Both the position numbers and the translations under genes were made by a program. A stretch of 62,362 bases of DNA, counting the filler, from an uncultured Myxococcia bacterium (GTDB taxonomy: Bacteria > CAZTWC01), in assembly GCA_964617105.1 (NCBI GenBank). It is 7 parts of 7 records of this genome, joined end to end, with 100 filler letters (N's around TTAATTAATTAA, not from the genome) between each part and the next. Parts side by side here need not be neighbours in the genome. Positions count along the whole stretch, not along the records: positions 9,275 to 18,219 come from CAZTWC010000147.1; 6 more parts are not named here. One strand, written 5' to 3'. Shown here piece after piece: positions 9,907 to 18,319 of this stretch (positions are counted from its first letter, which is position 1; each line of letters opens with the position of its first letter). The notes under the pieces were generated by a model, which was not told the DNA's origin, searched no databases, and saw only the letters and a program-made list of their open reading frames with translations.

Positions 9907-9932
9907 CGGTTTTTATTATATTTTAACTAACT

Positions 9933-10010
9933 GAGAGGCCCCAGAGGCCCTAATTTTTGGCCATGAGAGGTGCATGACGCCCGCCACTAGAAAGGCGGTG
10001 TGTTATGCAT
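9933..10010 (+). promoter_or_regulatory. Putative translational control leader: tandem GAG-NN-CC boxes plus a hairpin sequestering the RBS and AUG
   Basis: GAGGCCC-CA-GAGGCCC at 9935-9950; degenerate GAGGTGC-AT-GACGCCC at 9967-9982; 15-bp stem between 9971-9985 and 9994-10009 that includes ATG 10005. Confidence 0.7.
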
Positions 10011-10835
10011 TTTACCTGGGGAGAGTTCAGAAAAGCGTTACAAAAAGAATTAACAACTCCAAACTCACTTAGAATATTTCAGACTGAGAAGATACAGGGG
10101 TTTAAAGAACCGCTTGCCCTTGTTTCGTGGCTGCTACGATATAAAGACCACCCGATTTCTGAAGAAGATGCCGTTTTAGATCAAATTCACAAAATTTATA
10201 GTCAAGAAAAAAAGAGTAATCGTTCTCTTTGGATATCAATTCTGTTCCTCGGGTTATGGCCGTCTTTTCACTGGATTTTAAATAGAATTAATCGGTTCAT
10301 TAATGACGATAGTGAAGCGATTAGTGCTCTTTGGAATTCACTGATCGTCTGCATGGATAAAGAGAAAATATGGCAGATTGATAAAGATAAGAAACCTGGA
10401 ATAGCGAAGCGGCTGCGAAATAATGTCTGGAATGAAGTTAAAAAAGATCTCTTTTTCGACTCCAAAGAAAACAATAAACTGAAAAAATTATTCACTAAAT
10501 TGCCATCCATTTCAACTTCAAAAATTGAACAAGTAGAGTCAATTGCTGCTGGGGAGACCCAAGAGTCTGAAATCGAGGGAGGTTGGTCGCTTTTTTCAAT
10601 GTGCCACGTCAATGATCCATCTATTCCACCACCCAAATCTGATATAGCCGAAATCTATTCCTTATTAACAGAGGAGTTGGGGCTACCGAGTGATAGAGCC
10701 GACGTAATCATCCAGCATGTTGTTTATAGAAAAAAATTAATCGATATCGCCCAGGAGAATGGAATCCCTTACCCTACGTTAAGGCAGAGGTATAGCCGCT
10801 CTTTAAAGAAATTACGCTCTTCTTTAAAAAATTAG
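10005..10835 (+). CDS. Sigma-70/ECF-like regulator of the element (C-terminal region-4 HTH)
   Basis: C-terminal ADVIIQHVVYRKKLIDIAQENGIPYPTLRQRYSRSLKKLR resembles sigma region 4. The central LFLGLWP helix is region-2-like. Confidence 0.65.
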   Translation: MHFTWGEFRKALQKELTTPNSLRIFQTEKIQGFKEPLALVSWLLRYKDHPISEEDAVLDQIHKIYSQEKKSNRSLWISILFLGLWPSFHWILNRINRFINDDSEAISALWNSLIVCMDKEKIWQIDKDKKPGIAKRLRNNVWNEVKKDLFFDSKENNKLKKLFTKLPSISTSKIEQVESIAAGETQESEIEGGWSLFSMCHVNDPSIPPPKSDIAEIYSLLTEELGLPSDRADVIIQHVVYRKKLIDIAQENGIPYPTLRQRYSRSLKKLRSSLKN

Positions 10836-10923
10836 TAAAAAACAGTGTCACATTTTCCCCGCCTTTTAACATGGGGATACAGAGGTATTTATTAATTACG
10901 AAACTTGAGTCGATGAGGGGAGA

Positions 10924-11133
10924 ATGGACATAGGCATTAAACGACTGTTAGAGCGGTCAAAAGATCCCGATCAGTACCGTCAGATACCGGGATTATTCCG
11001 TAAGTGGGAATTGGAGCAACTGATTGAGCCTGAGTTTGAATATTACATTGAAGAATATGGCAAAAGTGATGCTGGAGAAACATTATATAGGCTTTTTAAG
11101 AGGAAGTTATCCGATGAGGAATTACCCCGTTGA
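10924..11133 (+). CDS. Small hypothetical protein of the mobile element
   Basis: SD GAGGGG; YRQIPGLFRKWEL...YYIEE motif, which I recall following similar sigma-like genes in proteobacterial elements (not verified). Confidence 0.65.
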   Translation: MDIGIKRLLERSKDPDQYRQIPGLFRKWELEQLIEPEFEYYIEEYGKSDAGETLYRLFKRKLSDEELPR

Positions 11134-11167
11134 CCAAATGAAAATAGCAATGTAATAGGAGTGCCTT

Positions 11168-11494
11168 ATGTCTTTGGAAGTAGAGTTAAAAAAAACGCGC
11201 GAAAGTCTTTTAGCGATCAATTCATCGCTAGTTGAGATTTCTCAGGCTTTGCATCAGTTGGTTAGCGCCAACCAGCCGTCAAATGTTGGTGCAAAATCTG
11301 GTCAAGTATCGGTGCAAAAACCAACCAGGGATCAAGTCAGAGAGGCACTGAATGAAGTAGTCCGGAAAAGAGGAAAAAATGTCGCGGTTAAACTGTTGGC
11401 ATCCTTTCATGAAGCTAAAACAATCGACGATCTTTTGTTGCCAGAATATGCCTCAGTTATTGCCAGAGTAAAATCTGTGTTGGGAGAAAGTTAA
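11168..11494 (+). CDS. Phage hypothetical protein of the type preceding DUF2800 (coiled-coil N-terminus, helical C-terminus)
   Basis: SD GGAG; PTRDQVREAL...VKLLASF.AKTIDDL...Y; stop overlaps the next start. Confidence 0.7.
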   Translation: MSLEVELKKTRESLLAINSSLVEISQALHQLVSANQPSNVGAKSGQVSVQKPTRDQVREALNEVVRKRGKNVAVKLLASFHEAKTIDDLLLPEYASVIARVKSVLGES

Positions 11495-12861
11495 TGTCGG
11501 CACATTCGATCTTCAGTCCATCAGCCTCCTCGACCTGGCTCAACTGTCCCGGCTCCATTAAGTTGAACTGTGGAGTACCCCCAGAACCACCATCCGTATA
11601 TGCCATCCATGGGACTGTATTACATTATATTACTGAGGAGTGCCTGACAAAGGGTACCTCCCCTCAAAAATTCCTTGGTCAGACCATAGATGGAGTAACC
11701 ATCACCCAGGAAGATATCGGTGCTGTCCAAGTCTGCGTTGATACCGTCAACAATTTAAAATCCAAATATCCTGGCGCCGAATATCTCTCTGAATCAAAAG
11801 TTAATCTCAGCGACTACGGTAATGACGGCGAAAAATATGCCGAAGTTTTTGGCACTGCTGACTTCCAGATCAAAGACCTGTTTTCAGAACTAATTATTAT
11901 CGACTACAAATTTGGCAGCGGTGTTTCGGTGAAGGCCAAGCAGAATACTCAGTTGATGATTTATGCCCTGGCTGCAGCGGGAAGCCACCTATTTAACTAC
12001 TCAGCGGTCAAGTTGATCATAATCCAGCCATTGGACAGATCGGGAGAAAGTCCTGCAGTCAGGGAATGGGGAATTAGCCCCGCAGAATTAAGGCGATGGG
12101 CTGATGAGCAACTATTCCCGGCGATTGAAGCAGCCAAATCTGATAATCCACCCTTTAATCCGGGGGAAGCCCAGTGCCGGTGGTGCAAGGCTCAGCCAGT
12201 TTGTAAGGCTCTGGCTAATTGGAATTTATCGATAGCCCAGAAAGAGTTCGCTGCAGTTGGCCAAAAAGAGCAGTCACAATCCTCCTCTGTAGAACAACCA
12301 CAAACCCATTCCGTGGAAACTCTGCAATCTCACCAATTGGGGGGGCGGGTTTCCCAGGTGCAACAGTCTCCTAAATTACAGCAACCTGTCAAATCACAAT
12401 CGGTTGCCCAAAAATCACAACAGCCTATCCAGCCACCACAGCCAGAAGTGCTTACAGTTGAACAACTTTCCCATGTTTTAAATCAGTCAAAAGCCATTGA
12501 AAATTGGTTAAAAGCGGTTCATGCATATGCCCTCAATGAATTGAAAAATGGTCGAGAAATACCAGGCTGGAAATTGGTGGCTGGTAGACGGTCCCGGAAG
12601 TGGAAAGACGATAATAAAGTCGCTGATTATTTTTTATCCAATGGATTGCTTAAAGAAGATCAACTGTACGAAACCAAAATTTTAAGTCCGGCAAAAGTAG
12701 AAAAATTACTCGGAAAGGAGGCTAAAAAAGAAAAGCAATTCCAGAGTCTGATTAATGTGGTTGACGGTAAGCCCAGCCTGGCAAAGGCAGATGATAAACG
12801 GCCTGCCCTCACATTTAACAGTGCAAAGGAGGATTTTAAGACCGTAAAACAGAAAGAGTAA
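11494..12861 (+). CDS. DUF2800-family RecB/Cas4-like phage nuclease with a Gln-rich insertion
   Basis: HSIFSPSASSTWLNCPGS, GTVLH, FGTAD, IIDYKFG, QLMIYAL, CRWCKAQPVC, PGWKLVAGR. Confidence 0.88.
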   Translation: MSAHSIFSPSASSTWLNCPGSIKLNCGVPPEPPSVYAIHGTVLHYITEECLTKGTSPQKFLGQTIDGVTITQEDIGAVQVCVDTVNNLKSKYPGAEYLSESKVNLSDYGNDGEKYAEVFGTADFQIKDLFSELIIIDYKFGSGVSVKAKQNTQLMIYALAAAGSHLFNYSAVKLIIIQPLDRSGESPAVREWGISPAELRRWADEQLFPAIEAAKSDNPPFNPGEAQCRWCKAQPVCKALANWNLSIAQKEFAAVGQKEQSQSSSVEQPQTHSVETLQSHQLGGRVSQVQQSPKLQQPVKSQSVAQKSQQPIQPPQPEVLTVEQLSHVLNQSKAIENWLKAVHAYALNELKNGREIPGWKLVAGRRSRKWKDDNKVADYFLSNGLLKEDQLYETKILSPAKVEKLLGKEAKKEKQFQSLINVVDGKPSLAKADDKRPALTFNSAKEDFKTVKQKE

Positions 12862-12905
12862 AAACAGAAAAATCGTGAAATCGACATAACGTCATTAATG
12901 CCAAA

Positions 12906-12945
12906 GAGGCTAAGCGTCTAAAAGTTTAAAACTCTAAAAACCTAA
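12906..12945 (+). repeat. Five 8-nt NNNNYTAA units in the SSB leader
   Basis: GAGGCTAA GCGTCTAA AAGTTTAA AACTCTAA AAACCTAA immediately before the SD AAGGAG. Confidence 0.6.
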
Positions 12946-12958
12946 AAGGAGATTTACC

Positions 12959-13615
12959 ATGTCAAAAAGTTTAAAAACCAAAGTAATCACCCCCGAATGC
13001 GTTGCCAGTTATGCCAATGTTTGGGAACCGAGAGAAACGCCCGGTGGAGAGTTGAAATTCAGTGCCTCACTGATTTTCGGTAAAACTGCCGATCTTACCT
13101 TATTAAAAAAGGCGGCCAAAAATGCTGTAATCAATCGGTGGGGCAAGGATCCTAAAAAATGGCCCAAAAACCTCCGTTCTCCCTTCCGGGATGGTGATAC
13201 CGACCGGCCTAATGACGAAGCCTACCAGAACAGCATTTTCATTAATGCTTCCAGCAAAAACAAACCGGGAATTGTGGATAGCAACATTCAACCCATAATG
13301 GACCAGGCCGAGTTTTACTCTGGTGTAGTCGCCCGGGCCAGTATCAACTTTTTTGCCTACGATACTGCTGGTAATAAGGGGATTGGTGTTGGATTAAATA
13401 ACCTCATGAAGGTCAGGGATGGTGAGCATTTGGGCGGTGCCGCTTCTGCTGAGCATGATTTTGCTGATTACAGACAGGAAAGTTCTGATGGCGATTTTGG
13501 TGCCGATGAGTTCACGGACACTAGTTTTGATTTTGGGGCTGGACCGGACAATGGCGCTAGTTCGGGTTCTGAGAATGGCGGCAATGGTTGTTCCAAGGAT
13601 GATCTTTTTCTGTAA
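12959..13615 (+). CDS. DUF2815-family phage ssDNA-binding protein (T7 gp2.5-like)
   Basis: SYANVWEP, PFRDGD, FINASSKNKPGIVD, FYSGV..RASINFFAY..AGNKGIGVGLNNL.KVRDGEHLGG, and an acidic tail. Confidence 0.9.
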   Translation: MSKSLKTKVITPECVASYANVWEPRETPGGELKFSASLIFGKTADLTLLKKAAKNAVINRWGKDPKKWPKNLRSPFRDGDTDRPNDEAYQNSIFINASSKNKPGIVDSNIQPIMDQAEFYSGVVARASINFFAYDTAGNKGIGVGLNNLMKVRDGEHLGGAASAEHDFADYRQESSDGDFGADEFTDTSFDFGAGPDNGASSGSENGGNGCSKDDLFL

Positions 13616-13639
13616 TTTATGATGCTCTAATGCCGTAAG

Positions 13640-13678
13640 GATGGCGGGACATGTACTGATCCTGATCCTCCCGCCATC
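13640..13678 (+). terminator. Hairpin between SSB and polymerase genes (partial terminator or RNA stabiliser)
   Basis: GATGGCGGGA / TCCCGCCATC 10-bp perfect stem with a 19-nt loop, followed by TATTT. Confidence 0.55.
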
Positions 13679-13799
13679 TATTTAAAAAAACAAATACAAC
13701 CGAAACAATAGCAAAAGTAGCAACAATAAAACAATAAAACAAAAGCCAAAATTAAAGCCAACACCAACGCTAAAACCAAAGTTAAAGTTGAAACTTATT

Positions 13800-16163
13800 A
13801 TGCCCAAGAGAACAAAAACAAGTGCAAGATCAAAAACGAGACTTCATATTGACTTTGAAGTCTACTCCCCAGTGGATATCAAAACCCAAGGTCTTTTTAA
13901 TTATGCCTGCCATCCCCAAACCGAGGTGCTTTGTATGGCGTGGGTATTTGGAGACGAAAATCCTGTCCAATTGCTTTTACTTGGTCAACCACTACCTTCC
14001 AGGATAGTTGATTATATAAAAGGAGGTGGCCAGGTTGCCGGTCATAATGTGCTGTTTGAATACGCTATTTGGAACAAAATATGTATCTCTCGTTTCTCCT
14101 GGCCCCGTCTTTCAATTTATCAACTGATTGACACCGCAGCCAAGGCGGCTGCCTATGGTTTGCCTCGCAGCCTTGCCGATTGTGCTAAAGCACTCTGTTT
14201 AGTAGAGAAGGATGAGGCTGGCAAGAGAGTGATGCTGAAGTTGTCAAAACCCCGAAAGCCTACTAAAAACAACTCATCAACCCGTTGGACTCCAGCAAAC
14301 GCGTCTATCGATTTTGAAATTCTTTATCGCTACTGCATCCAGGATGTGGAGGTTGAGCGGGCCATTGACCATCGTTTGCCGGATCTATCCACAGGTGAGC
14401 GGCAATTATGGCAACTCGATGCCCTTATCAACCTCACTGGTGTAGAGATTGATATTGATACAGTAAAAACTGTTTGCCAGATGACTAAACAGTATCGACA
14501 TGACCTTGAAAATGAAGCAATGGAAATCACCGGCGGCATTAAAACCAGCCAGCGGGATGCAATTTTAGGATGGTGCCGCAGTCAGGGATATCCTATGGCT
14601 GGATATACCGCTGCTGATATTAAAAAAGCACTAAAAAGTAAAAAGCCTGAGTCTAAACCCGGGTCTAAACCTGAATTTGAGTCTAAACCCGGGTCTAAAC
14701 CTGAATCTAAACCTGAATCTAAACCTGAACCCATTCTCCCTCAGAAAGTCAGACGGGTTCTGGAAATCAGAAAAGAGTTAAGCCTAACCTCCGTTAAGAA
14801 ATTTAACGCCCTTTTAAAATCTGTCAGTTCTGACAGCCGATTAAGGGGGATGTTTCTTTATCACGGCGCACAAACAGGCCGATGGACTGGGCGGGTTGTT
14901 CAACTCCACAACCTTCCCCGTGGTTCGGTTAAAAATCCAGATATTGCCATTGACACCATCAAAATGAAAGACCTCGATTGGTTGCAGGTTTTATACCCTG
15001 ATGTCATGGCTACTTTCTCCTCCTGCATTAGGGGGATGATTATGGCTCCAGCAGGAAAAAAATTAGTTGTAGTTGATTACTCTGGGATAGAAGCCAGGAT
15101 GGTGCAGTTTTTGGCACAAGATGAAGCCGCCTTAGATATTTTCCGGCAGGGCCTTGATCCATATAAAGATATGGCAGCAGCGATTTTTAAAACTTCCTAT
15201 GACCAGGTTGATAAATCTCAGCGCATGGTTGGGAAGATTGCCATACTGGGACTTGGTTATGGTATGGGAGTTAAGAAATTCATCGAAACCTGTGCTGATT
15301 GGGGTTCTCCCATTGAACCGTCTTTGGCAGAAAAAACCGTTTTTACTTACCGCACCAAATACCAAAAACTAAAAAATTTCTGGCGGAAGCTGGAAAGTGC
15401 TGCCTGGAAAGCGATTGATTATCCCGGCAGTACTTTTAACGCTAAATCCATTAAATTCAAAGTTGAAGATAATTTTCTATTTATGATTTTGCCTTCTGGC
15501 CGGAGGCTGGCGTATTACCAGCCTGAAATCAAAGAATGCCCGGCGCCATGGGCTATAGGAGGAAAGAAAGAGAAGGAAAAGGAGAAGGAGATGCCGGTTG
15601 AAACTGAGCCTGCCCAGGCCCAGGGTCATGTCTATACCCTGGTCCATACCCCGGGCCAGACCAAGACTAATCCCCAACCTCAGCAGTTACAACTATTTCT
15701 GCAAGACCAGTTGCAGCAGGACCAGTTGCAGCAGGACCAGTTGCAGCATCCTCTCCAGGGGAAAGAACAGACCCAGGCTCAGACCCAGGTTCCAACTCAA
15801 AACAAACTACAATCTCAATCCTTAACTCAAAAACTGAAACAAAATCAAAATCAAATCACCTATATGGGCATTGATACTTATACCCGTAAATGGTGCCGGA
15901 CCAGCACTTATGGCGGCAAGTTAGTAGAAAATGCTACCCAGGCTGTTAGCCGGGATATTTTGGCCCGCGCCTTGATGAATCTGAATAAAGCCGGCTATAA
16001 GATTGTGCTCCATTGTCATGACGAGATTGTCGTTGAGGTGGATGAAAAAACGGCCGATGCCGACCTTGATGCTGTCATAAAAATTATGTGCTGTAACCCT
16101 CAGTGGGCTAAAGGAGCGCCAATCAATGCAGAAGGCTTTATTTGTAAGCGCTATCGGAAATAG
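13800..16163 (+). CDS. Phage-type family A DNA polymerase (APSE-like) with 3'-5' exonuclease and two low-complexity insertions
   Basis: Exo motifs HIDFE, HNVLFE, YCIQD; QTGRWTG..VQLHNLPR; motif A DYSGIEAR; motif B RMVGKIAILGLGYG; motif C LHCHDEIV. Confidence 0.94.
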   Translation: MPKRTKTSARSKTRLHIDFEVYSPVDIKTQGLFNYACHPQTEVLCMAWVFGDENPVQLLLLGQPLPSRIVDYIKGGGQVAGHNVLFEYAIWNKICISRFSWPRLSIYQLIDTAAKAAAYGLPRSLADCAKALCLVEKDEAGKRVMLKLSKPRKPTKNNSSTRWTPANASIDFEILYRYCIQDVEVERAIDHRLPDLSTGERQLWQLDALINLTGVEIDIDTVKTVCQMTKQYRHDLENEAMEITGGIKTSQRDAILGWCRSQGYPMAGYTAADIKKALKSKKPESKPGSKPEFESKPGSKPESKPESKPEPILPQKVRRVLEIRKELSLTSVKKFNALLKSVSSDSRLRGMFLYHGAQTGRWTGRVVQLHNLPRGSVKNPDIAIDTIKMKDLDWLQVLYPDVMATFSSCIRGMIMAPAGKKLVVVDYSGIEARMVQFLAQDEAALDIFRQGLDPYKDMAAAIFKTSYDQVDKSQRMVGKIAILGLGYGMGVKKFIETCADWGSPIEPSLAEKTVFTYRTKYQKLKNFWRKLESAAWKAIDYPGSTFNAKSIKFKVEDNFLFMILPSGRRLAYYQPEIKECPAPWAIGGKKEKEKEKEMPVETEPAQAQGHVYTLVHTPGQTKTNPQPQQLQLFLQDQLQQDQLQQDQLQHPLQGKEQTQAQTQVPTQNKLQSQSLTQKLKQNQNQITYMGIDTYTRKWCRTSTYGGKLVENATQAVSRDILARALMNLNKAGYKIVLHCHDEIVVEVDEKTADADLDAVIKIMCCNPQWAKGAPINAEGFICKRYRK
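14643..14732 (+). repeat. In-frame 12-bp tandem repeats (SKPE/SKPG) in PolA
   Basis: TCTAAACCTGAA / TCTAAACCCGGG units, about 7 copies, encoding KPESKPGSKPEFESKPGSKPESKPESKPE. Confidence 0.92.
15702..15746 (+). repeat. In-frame 15-bp tandem repeat x3 (QDQLQ) in PolA
   Basis: CAAGACCAGTTGCAG CAGGACCAGTTGCAG CAGGACCAGTTGCAG. Confidence 0.92.
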
Positions 16164-16266
16164 CAATAACGGAAAGAGAAATGGAAATGGAAATGGACAA
16201 AAGAATAGCAATGGAAATGGACATAAGAATAGCAATGGAAATGGGGATGAGAATAGGAATAGCAGT
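16159..16266 (+). repeat. Hexamer microsatellite (AATGGA/AATAGC) between PolA and VRR-NUC
   Basis: Runs of AATGGA and AATAGC; the 24-bp unit AAGAATAGCAATGGAAATGGRSAT occurs twice. Confidence 0.85.
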
Positions 16267-16275
16267 GGTGATGAT

Positions 16276-16665
16276 ATGAGCATTCAAATAGCGAATCAAG
16301 TGACTGAAAAACAGGTTGAGCAATACCTGGTTAAAAAAGTTCGGGACCTTGGTGGTATTGCCTACAAATTTACCTCCCCTGGCCGAAGGCATGTTCCGGA
16401 CCGGTTGGTTTTATTTCCTGGAGGCAGAATTCTATTTGTCGAATGCAAACGGCCCGGTGCCAAAGCCACCAAAGGGCAGGCGTATGAATTGCACCGGATT
16501 AGCAACCTTGGGTTTGAAGCGTTGGTAATCGATAGCAAAGAGAAAATAGATGATTTGATAGATGAATTGATTGCTGGGGTGGCTGAGGAGTTTGATTTAG
16601 AAAACTGCCATACCCATGACCATGCCCATGCCTGTCGCCATGATGTTGGACAGAGTGACGGATGA
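16276..16665 (+). CDS. VRR-NUC domain nuclease (probable start ATG 16276)
   Basis: EKQVEQYLVKKV...GGIAYKFTSPGRRHVPDRLVLFPGGRILFVECKRPG. Confidence 0.9.
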   Translation: MSIQIANQVTEKQVEQYLVKKVRDLGGIAYKFTSPGRRHVPDRLVLFPGGRILFVECKRPGAKATKGQAYELHRISNLGFEALVIDSKEKIDDLIDELIAGVAEEFDLENCHTHDHAHACRHDVGQSDG

Positions 16666-16686
16666 GAAGAATGATGACGATGAAAA

Positions 16687-18189
16687 ATGAAATTTAGACC
16701 TCATAATTACCAATTGAAAGCGATGAATTTCTTGATCCGAAATCCTATTGCCGCCCTTTTTCTTTCCATGGGCCTTGGCAAAACAGCCATAGTGCTCTCT
16801 GTTATTCAAAGGCTACAGGAAAGAGGCAAGATCGGCCCCGTCCTTATCCTCGCACCACTGCGAGTTATTTATAGCGTCTGGCGGCAGGAAGCGAAAAAAT
16901 GGGATCATACTAAAAATTTAAGGTTCTCAATCCTGCATGGCCCCGATAAAAATAGCGTCCTTTTCGGTGACAATGGAAAAAAAGGTGGTGCCGACATCTA
17001 CCTCATTAACTATGACGGCATTAAATGGTTGGTAAATGCTCTGCTCAGAGAAAAAGAGAGAGCAGAAGAGGGCTACAAAACAGGCAAAAAGTTGGCAAAA
17101 TTACAAGATATAACAAGGGCGGGCCAGCAGAAATGGCGGCCACCTTTTAATATGTTGGTGGCGGATGAATCCAGCGCTCTGAAAGCACACGATACCGAAC
17201 GGTTCAGGCTGTTGAAAAAATTACTACCCCTCTTTAAGCGCCGGGTATTGCTGACAGGGACACCTGCGCCAAATAACCTGATGAATCTTTGGAGCCAGTT
17301 TTTTATCCTCGATGAAGGAAAGCGGTTGGATCCATCATTCTACCGTTTTAGAAACCGTTATTTTCAAAAAGCCGATTACTTCGGTTACAGATACCGTCTC
17401 CGCAAAGGCGCTGCCAATAAGATATACAGCAGAGTTAATGAGATAACTCTGCGCCTATCTTCTGAGAATAACGATTACCTCTATGCTCCGGAAATCATCT
17501 ATAACCAGGTATCATCCAAACTCCCAGCCGATGTGGCTAGGGAAATTTACCAGCCTCTTGAGCGGGACTTCTTTCTTCAATTTGATAATGATATTGGCCG
17601 TGACAGTGCAACAGTAAGTGTGGCTAATAGCGCTGTCCTCTCGCTGAAGTTACGACAAGTTATCCAGGGCGGTCTCTATACTGAAAATGGCCTGCGTTTC
17701 ATCCATGACACCAAAATCAAAATCTTAGAAGAAATCGTCGAGCAGTCACAGGGACAACCTATTTTAGTAGCCTACCAGTTTTTATTCGAAGTGGAAAAAC
17801 TAAAAGAGGTCTTTGGCCAGGATCTCCCTGTCATCGGAGGTATGACCTCTGGCGCCAAGGCAGCGAAGATAGTTGATAAGTGGAACCAGGGGAAATTACC
17901 ACTTTTGGTTGCCCACCCCGGCAGTTTAAGCCACGGGGTAAACCTTCAGGCTGGCGGTAATACTATAGTCTGGCTGGCGCCCACCTGGTCTTTTGAAAAC
18001 TATTCTCAGTTCAACGCTCGGCTCCACCGACAGGGTCAAAGACACCCGGTCATAGTGCACCACTTGATCACTCAAAGGACTGTTGATGAGGCTGTTTTTA
18101 CTGCCCTTCAACAGAAAGAGAAGCAACAGGACGCCCTGTTAGCGGCGCTGGAAAGATATAGAAGGGAAAAGGGAGGGGCTACAGGATGA
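16687..18189 (+). CDS. SNF2-family phage helicase
   Basis: PHNYQ, MGLGKT, VADESS, LTGTPAPN, HPGSLSHGVNLQAGG, QFNARLHRQGQ. Confidence 0.93.
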   Translation: MKFRPHNYQLKAMNFLIRNPIAALFLSMGLGKTAIVLSVIQRLQERGKIGPVLILAPLRVIYSVWRQEAKKWDHTKNLRFSILHGPDKNSVLFGDNGKKGGADIYLINYDGIKWLVNALLREKERAEEGYKTGKKLAKLQDITRAGQQKWRPPFNMLVADESSALKAHDTERFRLLKKLLPLFKRRVLLTGTPAPNNLMNLWSQFFILDEGKRLDPSFYRFRNRYFQKADYFGYRYRLRKGAANKIYSRVNEITLRLSSENNDYLYAPEIIYNQVSSKLPADVAREIYQPLERDFFLQFDNDIGRDSATVSVANSAVLSLKLRQVIQGGLYTENGLRFIHDTKIKILEEIVEQSQGQPILVAYQFLFEVEKLKEVFGQDLPVIGGMTSGAKAAKIVDKWNQGKLPLLVAHPGSLSHGVNLQAGGNTIVWLAPTWSFENYSQFNARLHRQGQRHPVIVHHLITQRTVDEAVFTALQQKEKQQDALLAALERYRREKGGATG

Positions 18190-18219
18190 GAATCTATAAT
18201 TTTGTGATTCTATAAACTT

Positions 18220-18319
18220 NNNNNNNNNNNNNNNNNNNNNNNNNNNNNNNNNNNNNNNNNNNNTTAATTAATTAANNNNNNNNNNNNNNNNNNNNNNNNN
18301 NNNNNNNNNNNNNNNNNNN
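18220..18319. other. Artificial contig linker
   Basis: N44-TTAATTAATTAA-N44. Confidence 0.99.

Larger units (their letters stand above)
9275..18219 (+). mobile_element. Fragment of a prophage-like or integrative element: regulatory head plus APSE-type DNA replication module
   Basis: Gene order DUF2800 nuclease - DUF2815 SSB - PolA - VRR-NUC - SNF2 is typical of APSE-like phage replication modules. No integrase or virion genes on this contig. Confidence 0.85.

Noticed and set aside
11494-12861. Cas4-like nuclease as evidence of CRISPR-Cas
   Set aside because: No array or other cas genes in the window; it sits in the standard phage DUF2800-SSB-PolA context.
15560-15855. PolA insertion as an intein or intron
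   Set aside because: Low-complexity, in frame, and lacking intein splice-junction motifs (Cys/Ser start, His-Asn end) or an endonuclease domain.
16126-16275. Asn/Gly-rich N-terminal extension of VRR-NUC
   Set aside because: It is a translation of the microsatellite and overlaps the PolA end. ATG 16276, preceded by GGTG, fits the domain start better.
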